A stretch of 64,000 bases of DNA from Flectonema sp. DT1601 (Eukaryota), in contig OZ025800.1 in NCBI GenBank assembly GCA_964019425.1, forward strand, positions 806,001 through 870,000. The letters are read 5' to 3'. Shown piece after piece: positions 22,273 through 36,200 of this stretch; the stretch's first letter is position 1, and every line of letters begins with the position of its first letter. The translations under genes were made by a program, and so were the position numbers. The notes below the pieces were generated by a model. It was given only the letters and a program-made list of their open reading frames with translations, ran no database searches and was not told where the DNA came from.

Positions 22273-25200
22273 TTCATTATGCCTATGTGACTTTTAATTA
22301 TGTAATAAAACTGGGTTATCAAAATGAAAGAATCAATTCCCCCTCTCGTGTATCCGATGTTCCTGTTGTTGTATAAATGTGATTAATAAAAAGAATTACA
22401 TCACTCATTCAGTTTTTGAGATGTTTGTTTTGGGTGTAGCGACTCCGAGTGACTAGTTAGAAGGATAAGACCACTCTTTTCAATTCTGGTTGTATGGCAA
22501 AAGAGTTGGAGCCGTTCTGCTTCTCTTTTTTATTTATTTATCTTTTTTTCTTTTTCGGGAAGAAAAAAAAAAAAAAAAAAAAAAAAAAAGCCTATCTTCC
22601 AGACAGCCGATAAATAAACAGAGAAACAGGTACAGCGCAAGCACCACAATTCCTTTTTTTTAGAGGAAGTGAAAATGGAAAAGAAAAACAAAGAGAGATC
22701 GTCAACCAGGATACGAGAGCACGGATGAGTTTGTAGTTATTTGGTACCACATAGTGTGAGTCTAACACTAACGGTTAGGGTCTGACTCATGAAGGAAAAG
22801 ACTTAACCATCTCAAAACTAAAAGCTGGGCAACTTGCTGACTACCTCCTGGATAATAAACTTTATATTTATTGAAGTTGGGGAAGTCAAGCTCACGGGTC
22901 GGTCATCCATAAGAACATTGCGTTAAGTTTAATTATGAGAAAGTTTTAAACAGCTATGCATGCAATTTGTAAAAGAAAATGGATACAAATTAACAAAAAG
23001 TAACAAAAAAAAAAGAGAAAAAATATAGTGGGGCCCACCGAATAGAATACTATGGCACCCTATCAAAAAAAAAAAAAAAATATATAAAATTTAGAAGGAA
23101 AAATATTTAAAAAAAAAACAGGATGACTTTTCTACGATTACTCAAATCGTAGAATACGGAACAAATACTAAAGGGAAGCAGGGACGGGAAAGCAAAAAAT
23201 GACGAATTCATATAAAAATATTTTTGAAGCGAGCAGCCGAATACTCTAAAACGACTACACCACTACACATATATGATGACATGAATCAAGTGCTTCAGTC
23301 ATCTTTAAAAGGCTTTGTTTGTTTGCACTTCTACACAAGCTTAGAAAGGAAGAATGAACGATCGGAAGAGAGTGAGCAAAAGATTGACATTCAGAAAATT
23401 ATCAGGTTCTACGATACCAAGTATCCTGCTATATTTCCGGAACGATGCGTAAGCTCTGAGAGAAACGATAACTCTGCAAGGAAAATAGATGAAGTCGGAA
23501 AAACGCGTACCTTCGTAGGCATTAGTCGTTAAGAGCTATTCATTTATTTTTTTTTATTTTCGTTTTAAGTCGTTTAACTCGATTTGTTGAAGCAAAACGT
23601 AAGTAATGTTTCCCACTTTATTTCTTTTAACTCCGAAACAACTTCACCAATACGCAACAAGATGAGAGTGTTGCTAAAACTGTTGTCTTCTTAAAGACAC
23701 GGAGCAACTCAGGTCAACGATGAATGGGAAAGGAAATTAGAACTACACAAGTGAATGCAGTACGTCCGTTAAAAGGAAAGGGAAAATTAAAAAAACAAAA
23801 ACACAACTAGTAGTTTCGTAAATAAAAAAACCTTTTTTTTTTTTTTAAAAAATCGGAAACAGTGAGTATTCTGTATATATCACGTCGGCAAACGACATAT
23901 TTTTATCTTTTTTGGGAAAACGAAAAGGGTAGAAAGAAATAAAGATCACATCATACAGCACTGCACAGCTGTTTTGTGTGAGTTTTTTTTTTTCTTTTTT
24001 TCTTTTTTTTTTTTCTTACTTCTCATACTGAAAATGCAAAAAGAGGACTAGAACAAAGAAATCTATAATTCCTTGACGTCCGTATTTGTGCTTTCCGTAT
24101 GACTTCAAGCTGTATAGTTCAGGGAAAATATTCTAATGTGATATTCGCCAGTCTAATTTCCGACGAACTGACTAAATAGACTACAAACATTCAACAACGT
24201 ACTAAGCGGTTGGTTGATTGGAACTCGACAGTTATCGAGCTTATTCAAAAAATAAAGGACACAGCTCTATTCCCGAGCAATTTTTTGAGGAAAGTGCCAA
24301 TTGTTCCCGCGGGATAGAGCTTTGCCCAAAAATAAATAACCAAAAAGAAGCTCAACGGATGACAACAACTAGAGCAGCACTGCTGAAAGACGTGGAGTGC
24401 CGAATTGCTGACCATCACCTCATAAAAGAGCAACAAAATAGTTAAAAAAAGGAGGGAAAAAAAAAACAGAAACCGGCGAACAGCAGAAACAATAAGGCCA
24501 TCTCTTTCTACATTTTCTTATTATTATTTTTTTCCACCCGAAGACACTTTGATATCAAAATGGCATGCGGAAGCAAAAAAAGAGATTGACAACAGGAGTC
24601 CCTTGTCGACTTAAAACGGGAAAGACGATAATCAAAAAAAATGAAAACCTTTCGCTGGTTTGTTTGTTTTTGTTGTAATTTCTGCGGCTACTTTATTTTT
24701 GTCGGCGTAACTCACTAATTTCTCCATTAGGATTTTGTACAGTTGGCGCACAAACAAAATAAAAGCGTGAGTAAAAAAAAAAAAAAGTAAAAAGGTTTAA
24801 TCTTTTTTTTTTGTGTTTTTCCCCCTTTTTTTTTTTCGTTCACGTTTTTTTTAAAAGCTAAATTCGAATATAAAAAAAAGGTTCGTCGTCTTTTTTTTTT
24901 TTTTTCTCGAAAAATATAAACTAGTCGTCGTCGACTATTCGGTAGCAGTTATCACAAATAAAATTAAATAACATTAAATTAATCAACAAAAGAATTGGCT
25001 TTTATCTTCAACTATACAGAAAATAATAATATAACACTGTGATTTATTGTTTGTGCACGAACCGTCTTAAACTGATAAAGCTAAAGGAGGTTTACGTGTG
25101 CTGGCCAACATTCTTTTTCGTTCTTACAATATAACAATGCAAAAAGAAAAAGAAAAAAATCTGAACTTTTTCGCAAACTCTTCCACCTTGTTCGGAATTA

Positions 25201-27860
25201 TAATATTAAGCGTGTCTCTCGATTAGTTACAGGACTAAAGTAACAGCTGATTAAGGCATAGGAGTGCACCAAATTTATTTATTTATTTATTTTATTTTCA
25301 AATTAATTACATGGAAGAAATGGAGTACTTTACAACCAAGAAGAACTCAAAGTTGAAGTTTAACTAGATTCATATTTAAAAAAAGAATTATAAAAAAAAA
25401 AAAAAGATGATGGGTGAACAAGACAAAAACACAGCTTAAAGCAGTTAGAAAAACAATAACAAACATTATCATTTTTTTTTTGTTTTTTTTCATCTGCAGC
25501 CCAAGTGATTATAAAAGGGCATCCTAGTTAGCTGTTAACAAACCAAAAAAAAAAAGAAAAGTGAACATACAGTATCACTGCATGGTGAAAGAAAAAAAAT
25601 CAAAACAAAAAAAGAAGATAACAATGTAAGAAACAGTAATATGTTTTTATAATACCAAAATAAACTGAAAAAAAAAGAAAAATGATTCATTTTAGAATAT
25701 TAGCTAAAAAAAACAGCTAGACAATGTATTACACTCGTACATAACTAAAATAATGTTAGTATAAGCATCTAAAAAAAAGGGGGGGGGAAGGGGGGTGAAA
25801 CTTTGACAATGTATTTATTTACTAATTATTTATTTTGAATATCCTAAACACTTATACATCATAGTAAGTTTACGGGGTATCAGTTACTTGATACCACACA
25901 ACCGTAAAGACTCCCTCAGGCGTGAAGGGACTTTGTGACCATCAGTATTGGGTGTTAAGACCCACTTGACATAAAGAACTTGTGACTGAAAAAATATTTG
26001 TTGTTGTTAATCAAAGAAAAATTACGTTTAGAAAAAAATAAAACATAAAAGGAAAAAAAAAAAAAAAAAAAATTGTCGTCCAGAAGACGTTGTCGAATCT
26101 GGTAATTCGGGGACCACGTATTATCAAGTTGAGCGTCCCATGCCCTGTAGTCCGTTATAACTTTTTTTTTTTTTTTTTTACACTTAAACAAAGCTAAAAG
26201 AAGAAAAAAAAAGGGGACTAGATAAATAAATCAGGAGGGGGACTTGATAAACTTGATGCTATGATTAACTTTTAAGCAATTTTGAAACTGGCTAAAACGA
26301 ATATAGGGTTCGGCCAAACCTGGTTGCAATGACAAAAGACCAACAGTTGGTATCGATAAAACCACATGTATGCTATCGCAGGGGAGGGTGACTAAAGCAA
26401 ACAAACGGACAATGCAATAAAAAATAATGATTGTTATGATGATGAGTGACGTATATAAAAATAGAAAAACGAAGAACTCATCTCACCAACAGACACTCAA
26501 CATGCCCCACACATGTAGAGAAGCTTGCAGCTGATTGGTGGGGAATATTTTACGGACTGTGAGAAGACGCATCTCCGTCACTCTTTTTATAACTGAAAAA
26601 GGAGAAAAAAAGGAAAAAGAAAAACATTACTTTAAAAATAAACTGGAAGTAAAGAAAAAAAAAACGATATCGCTGCTGTACCACAAGGTAAAGGCACAAA
26701 CCTGCATTGCTACGAAGCACCGTATAAGATAGCTGCGTAGCTGTAGTAAATACAAAATAAAATGAAAAAAATATTGCGGTAGGGGAGGCTACTCAAAAAA
26801 AAAAAAAAAAAAACTAAATTGTTTTTTCTGAAAACTCGGACAGCTTTGAAACAAATATCTTCACAAGAGGACTCCCCTTCATGAAATACTTTATGCAGAA
26901 TACAACAAAAAAAAAAAAAAACACGACCCAACGGAATCACAATATCATTCAGAAGTTCCATCATGTAAATATAAAAAGATTTTTACTACTTTCCTAAACG
27001 TCTGCCTCGAATTAGTCGACAAAAACATATCGAGAAAATTATACAAGCATAAACTTAGTAGTAGGCATTAAACTATACAGAAAATAGTTTTAAAAAAGAA
27101 AATACTGTTGATATTCGTGCGTGAAATGCCAACATTTTTTTTTTTTTTAAAAGCTCTTACAATACTACAATACGTTAAAAAAAAGAAAAATAAAAGTGAA
27201 AGAGTTTGACTTCTCGGTACGCAATCCATTACAGATTGCGTTGTGAGTAGAAAAGTTCTCTGGGAATGAGATCTCCCTGGGTTTCACGCAGTTTTTTTGT
27301 CCTCCCGATAAAAAAAAAGGAAGAATCTTCTTGTGGAAAAAAAAGGATTTCCTTTTTTTTTTTTTTTTTTTTTTTTTTGAAAGTATTGCTTTAAAAGTAT
27401 CGGCGGGGAGTGTGGTTGAATCAACCTAAAGTAAAAAAAAAAAAAAAAAAAAAAAAACAGTTCTATCAGCCAACATAAACCGACACTGATAGGTCCCTGT
27501 GCTGATATTGACTCAAAAGAGAAAGAACACAAGGTGTGTGTGTGTGAGAGAGAGACGTTACGTTTCTCCAGTACTCTTAGACTGGGGTTCACAACATATT
27601 AACAGCATCGAAAAAAAATAGGGAAAACATAGAAAAAATCACCGTGAGAGACTTGAAACTTAATAACTGAACAATCATATTAAATGCTCTCATCTCTGTT
27701 GTATACTGATTGCAATCTTAAGGGCAGATCAGTCTGAGTAATAAGTAAGCGTGATGTCAGTAAGCAAGTAAACATCAATAGTATAAAAACATAGACTTTT
27801 GTGTAACTTTTACTTTAAATAAAATTTAGTCACAAAAGAGATAACATCTTCTTAAAGACG

Positions 27861-29022
27861 CTAGTTGTCCCAGGTCATATAAACGAGAGCGTGATCCAGA
27901 GAAGAGACTGCTGACTTATATTTAATAGGATTTAAGTTAGGATTAGTGAAGAAGATACGATCGGTCCAAGCAGGTAATCTCTTAGTTGAGTAGTACAATG
28001 GAGTGGATGAGCTACACTCACTAGAATCAGAAAGTGAAGAATTCAGATCCTCAGGTGTTCTATTTAGAGGATAAGTTGGAGAGAACGTTATAGGCAGCTC
28101 TGAGAAAGAACGTTCCAAATTAGATGAAATATGATGGCACGACATCCCTCCTTCACGACAAGCATCACTGAAATCTGACCAATTACTACGGTAGGCAGTG
28201 TCTGCGCTTGCTTGACTAGCCCCCCATGTGAATGATTTGCGTTCTATAATGGGTGTTGCTCCCGGAAGCCGCTTTGAAATCGCTTCAATAAACTTGGCTC
28301 CGTCTAAACGGAAATTCATATCCCCAGCAAGAATGACGTTTTCACTTCTAATTTTTCCTGACAAGGCTTCTATTAGAGCACGTCTCCTGCGAAGTGCTAC
28401 ACATGAACTTCCGTTTTTGCTTCCCACGGTAATCATATTGTCATCATCGTGATAGAGATGTACTGCTACGTATGTAGATCTTTCACCGCCTACTTCCAAG
28501 TCGTACACAACTGCTCCTTTTCTACTTGGACCTGCATCACTGAATTTTGTGTTTGCGTAGTGAACATTTTCAATCGCTTGAGACACTACTGAAATGGGTA
28601 CAAATGCATCTTCCGTTGCGTCAAACATTTTGACTTGCTCTAATGCCTGTGTTTGTTATTTATTGTGTAAAGGGATAGTCTGGCAAGTACAAAAAAAGAA
28701 AACATACATCACGCGACACAAGTACATACGCACCAACAGCAGTAAATTGCTTATCGTTGATTAAATGTGCCATCACTCCGCTGTGCCAGAATGTGTCTTC
28801 AGAGAAAGTAGCTTTCATGACTTTGGCTAGACTTGCGTTGAAGTTTGAGCAAAATGCCTTGCCACCGAGCTCTTGCATGTGAATCGTCATTACTTTGATA
28901 TCCTGTGACGAGACCATTTCGCTTACATCAGTAGCCCATTTGCCAAGTATTTGTCCTGTGGTGTCCTCACCAGCACTTCCCAAGTTACTAGTAAGCATGC
29001 ATGTCCTAATGTCTGATCGCAT
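27861..29022 (-). CDS. INPP5A: Type I inositol polyphosphate 5-phosphatase, 366 aa; exons 28708-29022 and 27861-28646
   Basis: MQELGGK, FTAVG, SRKG, VHLYHD, GDMNFRLD, FSPTYP, PAWTDRI, DH. The 61-nt intron 28647-28707 (GTATGT..ACAG) joins SRD|ALEQVKMF in frame. Confidence 0.9.
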
Positions 29023-32000
29023 TTTGGATTGTGGAAGGCAACTAATGAGAAAAATGTATTGTTACGTTTAACCTCAGATTCTAACAAAAAAAAAAAAAAA
29101 TAGGAACAAAAGAAAAAAAGACTTATCCGCAACATTTTTAACACCGCGCATAAAATTATTTCTCAGTTAACAGTCAAAAAGAAAAAAGAAAAAAATTTTA
29201 AAAAAATAGAATAAAAAAAGGGCGAATGCAGTCTTTTCTGAGGAAGCCAAGAAGTGCAACCTTATACGAGACGGAGACGAGGAAACAAAAATAAAAGCCA
29301 TCAACTGACTTTTTAGAATATTTTGGATTTTCCAACCTGACTCGAAAGTTTTTTTTTACCAGGCCAGTACTAGTTAACCACATGCACATTTTTTCTTTCT
29401 TTTTCAGGCAGCAGGAATTTCTTTTTTTTTTTTTTTTTTTTTTTTTCAGGATCCCGAAAAAGACAATAAAAAAAAAAAATAAAAAAAACTCCCACGACCA
29501 TGATCAAACCATTTTTTGAGATAACAAATTTTTTCTTACAGATAATGCAAGAAAATTGGGAAGCGGGAAAAAAAAAAAATTAATGAAATAAACAAGGTCT
29601 CCCTTTCCGATCAAGAAACACAGCAAACTATTTTGGATAATTATAATCAAGAGAATAAATGGAAAGGTGATAGATTCGAATAATGACAGCTGAACAATTG
29701 ATTATCGAACAACGAAGGAGGGGAAAGAGGAAAAAAAAAAAAAAAACGTAAGAGAACAAAAACTCCTCTAAAATAATAGTATAGAATAGCAATATCCTAA
29801 ACTGGTGGTTGTAAAGAAAGAAGATTATTTAAAAAACGCTGCGATACCAATGGAATGATTAGTTAATACTTTTTTTTTTTCTTTCTTTCTTTTTGTTCTT
29901 CCTTCCCCTTTGTATCAAACCAACAAGAGGACTCGGGAAAAAAGGGCACGGCCCGTTGAACACTACTACATCTGTGATATCACATTTTCGTCACCTGAAG
30001 CCTTGTGGCCAAGACCACTAGGCTTTTTTTTTTTTTTTTTTTTTTTTAATACTCCTTCAAAAAATGTGATACAGAAATTAGTTAAAAAAAAAGCATTCCC
30101 AAAACAGACGTTGAAATAAAGCAGCTGTCTTTGTTTTTTTTTTTTTTTTTTTTTTTTTTTGTCCCTTCATTTTTTTTTTTCCGACAACCATACGCGCTTA
30201 TGACTTATAATATACACGCAGGTTTTAAAAAAAAACACTTAAAATAAGAGCTTGCAACAAGCAACAAGAACTTGTATGCATTTCGCTAACGCAAACAAAA
30301 CCGAAGGGGAAAACAATTTGGTTCTTCTTTTTTTTTGAAGAAAGGGAAAAAAAAAAAGGAAAAAAGAACGTAGCAGTAGGACAGTAAATCTCACATCATC
30401 AGTAACATTAAAAATAAGCGCAAAACCCACCTCTGAATCATGCGTGTAACAATTAAACAGTAATGAGGCGCTTCGTGGTTGTAAAAAGAAAAAAGGTATA
30501 AAAAACGAACATGGTTGATTACAATAAGATATTTGATTTAACTTAGGGAAGCGGGGAGAGGGAATAGGGAGAAGAAAAATATTCTTTTTGTTCGTTCGGA
30601 AAAAGAGATAGCTTTTTTATTTTACCGTATCTTGACTTGAGTCGACGTCAGCGACAGTACCTCCCTTCGCATTTTTTTCCTAGGAGGAAAATTCGATACG
30701 CTGTAATTAAAACTACTTTCGGCATCCAAAAAAAAAAAAAAAAAAAAAAAACGATCAGGAGAGAGACTAAGTGATCAATAAAAAAAAATAAAAAGAAAAA
30801 GAGGGTTAACTGTTTGATTTTGTACGTAAAAATACAAAATGTATTGTATCATAAACAATATAACGATAATTTAACATTAGTTTTAGATACAGTGACTAGG
30901 TGTTGATGTTTGACCTTCAAAGTAACTAATACGTTGCGAGAGTAACCCACATACCTCGTACCTCTATTCTCTCATCATCAGTATTGAATAGAAATGGGAT
31001 GAAACTTTTGACGATGTAAAAAAAAACAGTACAACTTTAGGGTATTAAAACAAAATTAATATCAAAATTCTTGACGGAAAAAAAAAATATTTGTAGTTGT
31101 TAATCAAAGAAAGGAGGGAAGGAAGAAAAAAAAAAGAAGAAAAAAAAAAAGAGGGAAGGGAGTGAAATAATATAAGGTAGAATTTATGAGTGAGATTACA
31201 CTAGCTGCTGCACGAAACCACAATCTGGTATGACTATGGGGCTAGGAATGATTACATGTGCTAGGGGAGAATTTTTTTTTTTTTTTTAAATTAAGGAAGA
31301 AGAAGAAGAAGAAGATAAAGAAGCAAATAGCGGGGGGGGGTTGACAGATCAATATAACACCATAAAAAAAGTGAACTATATTTATTATAACAGATGTGAC
31401 ATAGAGTTGTTGCCAACTGAAGGGCAAGAATCCTACCAGGAAAATGGGTAACTACACTACGAAGTTAATATAATGTTAAAGTCAAAGAGCTGGTTCATTT
31501 CAGATCAAAAAACTCACACTTTAACACTTGAAGGTAACAGAACCTAGTCATCAACAGAATTTACCTGACTAGGTTAATTTTCAGGGGGGGTAGTGAATTG
31601 AATTGGGAAAACGTCATTGTTGCATTAACAACAAACTACGTTAAGTGGACTGAATGAGTTCTTCACAACACTTTTTAAAATTTGTAAAAAGGTTGTCTCA
31701 GAAATCGCTAATCAGAACAAGGGATGCTACGCTTCAGCAGAAGCCTTGCAACACCGAGAGGAAAAGTGAATTGGAAAACGCAAAGTGTCGCATTAGCAAC
31801 CGAAATACGTTATGTGGTGAGAGGGGTGAATGCTGACTTAGCAGCAGTAAAATCGTAAAACTGGTTTACGACAATCAATGTCTGGATCAGTACTCTATGC
31901 TCACAGATCTCAGATAAGAATGGCTATGTTTTATCTTAACAATCGCAGATGACTACATCAATTTCCTTCACAGATATGTTGTATAAATATCGATCCTTCT

Positions 32001-32148
32001 TTTTTTATTTTTTCTTTCCCCTGAGTACATCTTAGTAATCTAGTGACTTCAGCAGAACAAGTCGAGTCTCGCAGAGAGTAGTCGCTGGAAACACTCACTT
32101 GAAGATGTCGTCGGCAAGTTTTTTTTTCAACAGATGTACCCACTGAGA

Positions 32149-32841
32149 TTATAATTCTGAGCTTACATTGGTAAGTCCTGGACTGGTGTTTCCATTGTTG
32201 AGTTCTATAGAAGAATTCTTTTCTATTCCATAGATTTCTGTTACCTGATTAAGTAATTTTATTAAATCGTCTTGATCAACTGGAGGATCTGATGGAGTTG
32301 AACCATTCTCATCGCTGTGAGTGTATTTACAGAAGTCTCCGAAGGTACATCCTCGTAAGAAAGGATTTTGTAACTTTTCCATGTAGTGAACACAGATCGT
32401 TTTACACTTTTTTCGTGGTTTTGCTTCCAACGCAGGTAGTTGTTGTGAGTGAACGAACTTACAATCAGTACCATAACAACATCTTCCTCTTTGAAAGTGT
32501 CCGCAGATTTTAGGTTTCTCTGTACTGCCACCTGGCTGTGCCGTATGACTGTATCGACAAGCAGCGCCCCAGTGGCATTTCTTTCCGTGTGGACAAGGGA
32601 TATCTCCAGCAATATGCATTTTAAATTCATGTGTTCCTGCACTAAGCTTCTGTTTGCCAACAATCGGTGTGCCATCAGGCATCTGTAAATCAAACAACGA
32701 AGGAATTAATTTATCCAAGCCAACCCTTCCACATATTCGTCTCTTGAGTTCAGATATTGTCTCGCCTCCCTCCGATACAACGTGAACTAGATCGCCACTT
32801 ACCCAAACTTCAGCATGTTGGTTGGTACCACAAGGGGGCAT
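32149..32841 (-). CDS. CCCH zinc-finger protein (3 fingers) with ubiquitin-like N-terminal region
   Basis: CPHGKKCHWGAACRYSH, CGHFQRGRCCYGTDCKFVH, CVHY..CTFGDFCKYTH; ETISELKRRI is Ubl-like. ATG at 32841 follows a CAG acceptor at 32849-32851. Confidence 0.85.
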   Translation of the reverse strand: MPPCGTNQHAEVWVSGDLVHVVSEGGETISELKRRICGRVGLDKLIPSLFDLQMPDGTPIVGKQKLSAGTHEFKMHIAGDIPCPHGKKCHWGAACRYSHTAQPGGSTEKPKICGHFQRGRCCYGTDCKFVHSQQLPALEAKPRKKCKTICVHYMEKLQNPFLRGCTFGDFCKYTHSDENGSTPSDPPVDQDDLIKLLNQVTEIYGIEKNSSIELNNGNTSPGLTNVSSEL

Positions 32842-33200
32842 TGTGTTCCTGTGAAGGTTCAATAAATTACTTATTTTAAATAAGAGTACGGAACATTCTG
32901 CATAGTTATTGATATTAAATATCAATTTAGTGGTTACAACCACTGGTCGATGAATACAAAAAAAAGAGTTTATTTCTGCGGTTACGCGTAGGTTACAGCA
33001 AGATTAAGAAGAAGGGGGGAAGAAAAAGATTTCATTAAAAATATTACACAGTTCTTTAGAACACCGACCCGAAAAAGAAAACTGATTTTAACTAATGGTT
33101 ACCTTAGGTCGATGTTCACAAAGGACTATGATGATGTTACTGGTTGAGTATACTTATAGATCGCAAAGCTAACATTGATGAGCTCCAGATGATGTGGAGG

Positions 33201-36200
33201 CTACGATTGGTATCCAAATAGGGATTTCAAATCCTCGATTGTTAGTTTTGCTGTTGTTGCTTCATCTGCTCCATAGTCATCAAGTATACCAGCACTGAGT
33301 GATTTCTTTTTATGCTGAAGAAGAAGAAGTTTTTCTTCAACCGAGTTTTTCATTATATATCTCGTTGCTATGACAGGTCGTGTTTGACCAACTCGATGGA
33401 CCCTGTCGATTGCTTGTTCTTCAACGGAGGGATTCCACCAAGGGTCAAGTATTGATACGTGATTAGCGACACAGAGATTCAGACCAACACCACCAGATTT
33501 TAGACTCACGAGAAAGTATTTGCATGTAGGGTCTTCTCGGAATCTAGTTTTTTATTATAAATAAAGTTGGTTTTACTTTTTTTTTTCTTGTCGTTATTAG
33601 TCCAGTAGTGTTTTTTTTAGATGAGACAGATATTGAGTAAATAAAAATTATTAAAAAATAAATTGAATACCTGATGAGGGCTTTGTCTTTTTGATTTAGT
33701 GTCATCGAACCGTCGAAACGAACGGATGCATTCGGAGAGATTCCTTCCTTCTTCATCGCAATGTCGACCAAATTAAGCAGGGAGGTAAACTGAGAAAATA
33801 TAACACCCTTCTCCCCTTCGGGGATCAACAGGAGGTCTTCGATCAATGCTTTGGTTTTAGCACTGTGTTTCCATTCCTTGTCGGGATCGATTCGACGGAT
33901 TGCAGTCGGATCTCGGGGTCTATGAATTCTGTTGTGTCTTGTTGTATTATTGAATGTCGACTTAGAACGCAAAAATTCTCAAAATATCAAACCTTTTCAT
34001 TGAAACCTGTACATGACACCTCGGACAAGCATGAGAGGCAGCCATATCTTGCAACCTCGAAACAATACAAGAATAACAAAACGAATGACCACAAGGCAGT
34101 AAAGCAGGATCCTCCGTATCAACGGCTTCCCGACATAAAAAACATTCCTCTCCTTCGATGATAGATTTAATGGTAACCATATCAGATGGAGGTGAGGTAG
34201 GATTTATATTTTGACTGGTTTCGATGAGGGTAGCCAAGTGAGCCTGTTGTTGAGTCATTTTACGTGATAAGAGACCCTCAGTTCCTTTTAGTTCTTGTAA
34301 AAAGGAATGAAGATACCCCAACTGACCACTTGTATTACTAATACCATTCATTACTAAATAGGAGTGATCGCATGCTTGTCGAAGTCTGACAAGCATTTCT
34401 AAGCATCCTGCACGACGGGAGCCCAAGGCTCCGGATTTCATCCAGGCGGTGAATCGATCTTTCATTGTTTTTGTTAGAAGTCGATAAAACACATCTTCAC
34501 CTTCAATAAAATCAAGTTCTCTGATGGTAACTGTTTTAGAAGGAAGTTTCAACGTGGATATGACGCTTGCCTTGTCTCTTCTCAGAACGATTCCTTTCAA
34601 AATTCCTTTCAGCCGACTGAGAGATTTAACGGCATCTTCAACTAGGATTCCGTCAAGTTCTTTGTCTGTTTCTACTTTCGTCTCAGTCTTTGCCAACGGT
34701 TTCATAATTAAAGTGTTCCATTGTAATGATTCACTCAACATTGGCACTCTTAAAAATCTAATCAACGACCACAAATCATCCAATTTATTCTGAATAGGCG
34801 TACCAGTGATACACCACCGATAGTTTCCTTGGAGGGCTGTAACAGCCTGTTTTAGTTTCCTTGGTTAAAAGGGATTGGTTGTACGTAGAACAATACAACT
34901 TAGTAAGAACTATAACATACCTGAGCGGAACCCGTCGCAGACTCTCTTATGTTGTGGCCTTCATCAAGTACAATATTATCCCACTTCACTGCAAATAGTG
35001 GTGAAACATGTTTGGAAGTGGCATCAAAAGCGAGTGGATTTTTGTTCACTCCCGCCGATACCATTTTATTCCATTCCGAAACACATATTTGATACGATGT
35101 CAATATAATATTATAACTACTAAGGACTATTGAAGACCTTCCTGGTCCATGATAAATAGCAACCGACAGTGAACCCGGTAGGAGGTGTTTATGAATTTCG
35201 TCTCTCCAATGTGAGAGGAGACTCACTGGAGCTATGATGATTGTGATTTCTTTTGTTGGTAATGGATAAAGACCGAGTTCACTGCAGATATTCTTCGTTC
35301 GTTTTATGACAGCTGTTGGTGTTAATTGGTCACTAGTGTCTGAATCTGATGAAGATGATGTAGCACTCTTACGTTTTATGCGAGCCTTAGGAGTTGGCCT
35401 GCTTTCACTGTCACTATCACTATCACTTATAACTGTGTGGATAGACTTCTTTGATGTAAGTTTCTTACTTTTAGGTTTTGACTCGGCACTGTCATCACCA
35501 AAACAACTGTCGGTAGTATCGATGATTACTTCTGATGTTTCTTTTTTAATTGGATCGACTTTACTATTTGTCTCTCTACTGTCAGATGATTCTGAACAGC
35601 TATCGGAATTAATTAGAATAACATCACATTGTCTAACAGGTACTGGTGTTGTTTTATTATTTGATACCTTCACAGAAGCTGAAGAAGAACTGCTAGAAGA
35701 AGAGCTTGATGATGAAATGTTAGGACTGATATTATTATTGGTATCCTTCCTCAAAGATTGTAATAGCGGAGGCGTTGAAGAAACTTTTATATTATAAGCC
35801 AACACAGACAACATCGTTAGAGTTTTTCCCAAACCCATTTCATCTGCTATTATTCCACCCCTGCAAGGAGGCAGTTTAGGTGGTGGTGTATTTGAGACTT
35901 CCCCAGACCAGTCATTTAGCCATACTTTTGTAGTACTTTGATTGTCTGTTGTAGCTCCCCAAATGTCACTTGTCATAACTCCATGTAGTGTTGTCGGTAT
36001 AATATATGATCTCCACATTACATCTGATGGAATGTGAGCCTTATCACTGCGTTCTTCAGAAAGACACCATGACATTGCTTGAAGCTGATGGGTGTGCATT
36101 TTAGAAAGAACACATTTCGGTTGTTCTAATACGGGAAGATCTTTTCCATTATACTGACCTTGTGTCGCACTCAATGAGGAAGTACTATCAACTCTGGTTG

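Noticed and set aside
22300..27850. Short poly-Phe/poly-Lys ORFs in spacers (also 29100-31500, 37300-43500, 45400-47900)
   Set aside because: Translations of homopolymer tracts, mostly with non-ATG starts.
33929..33992. Apparent frameshifts or pseudogenisation of the RAD5-like gene
   Set aside because: All breaks are resolved by GT-AG introns that keep the frame.
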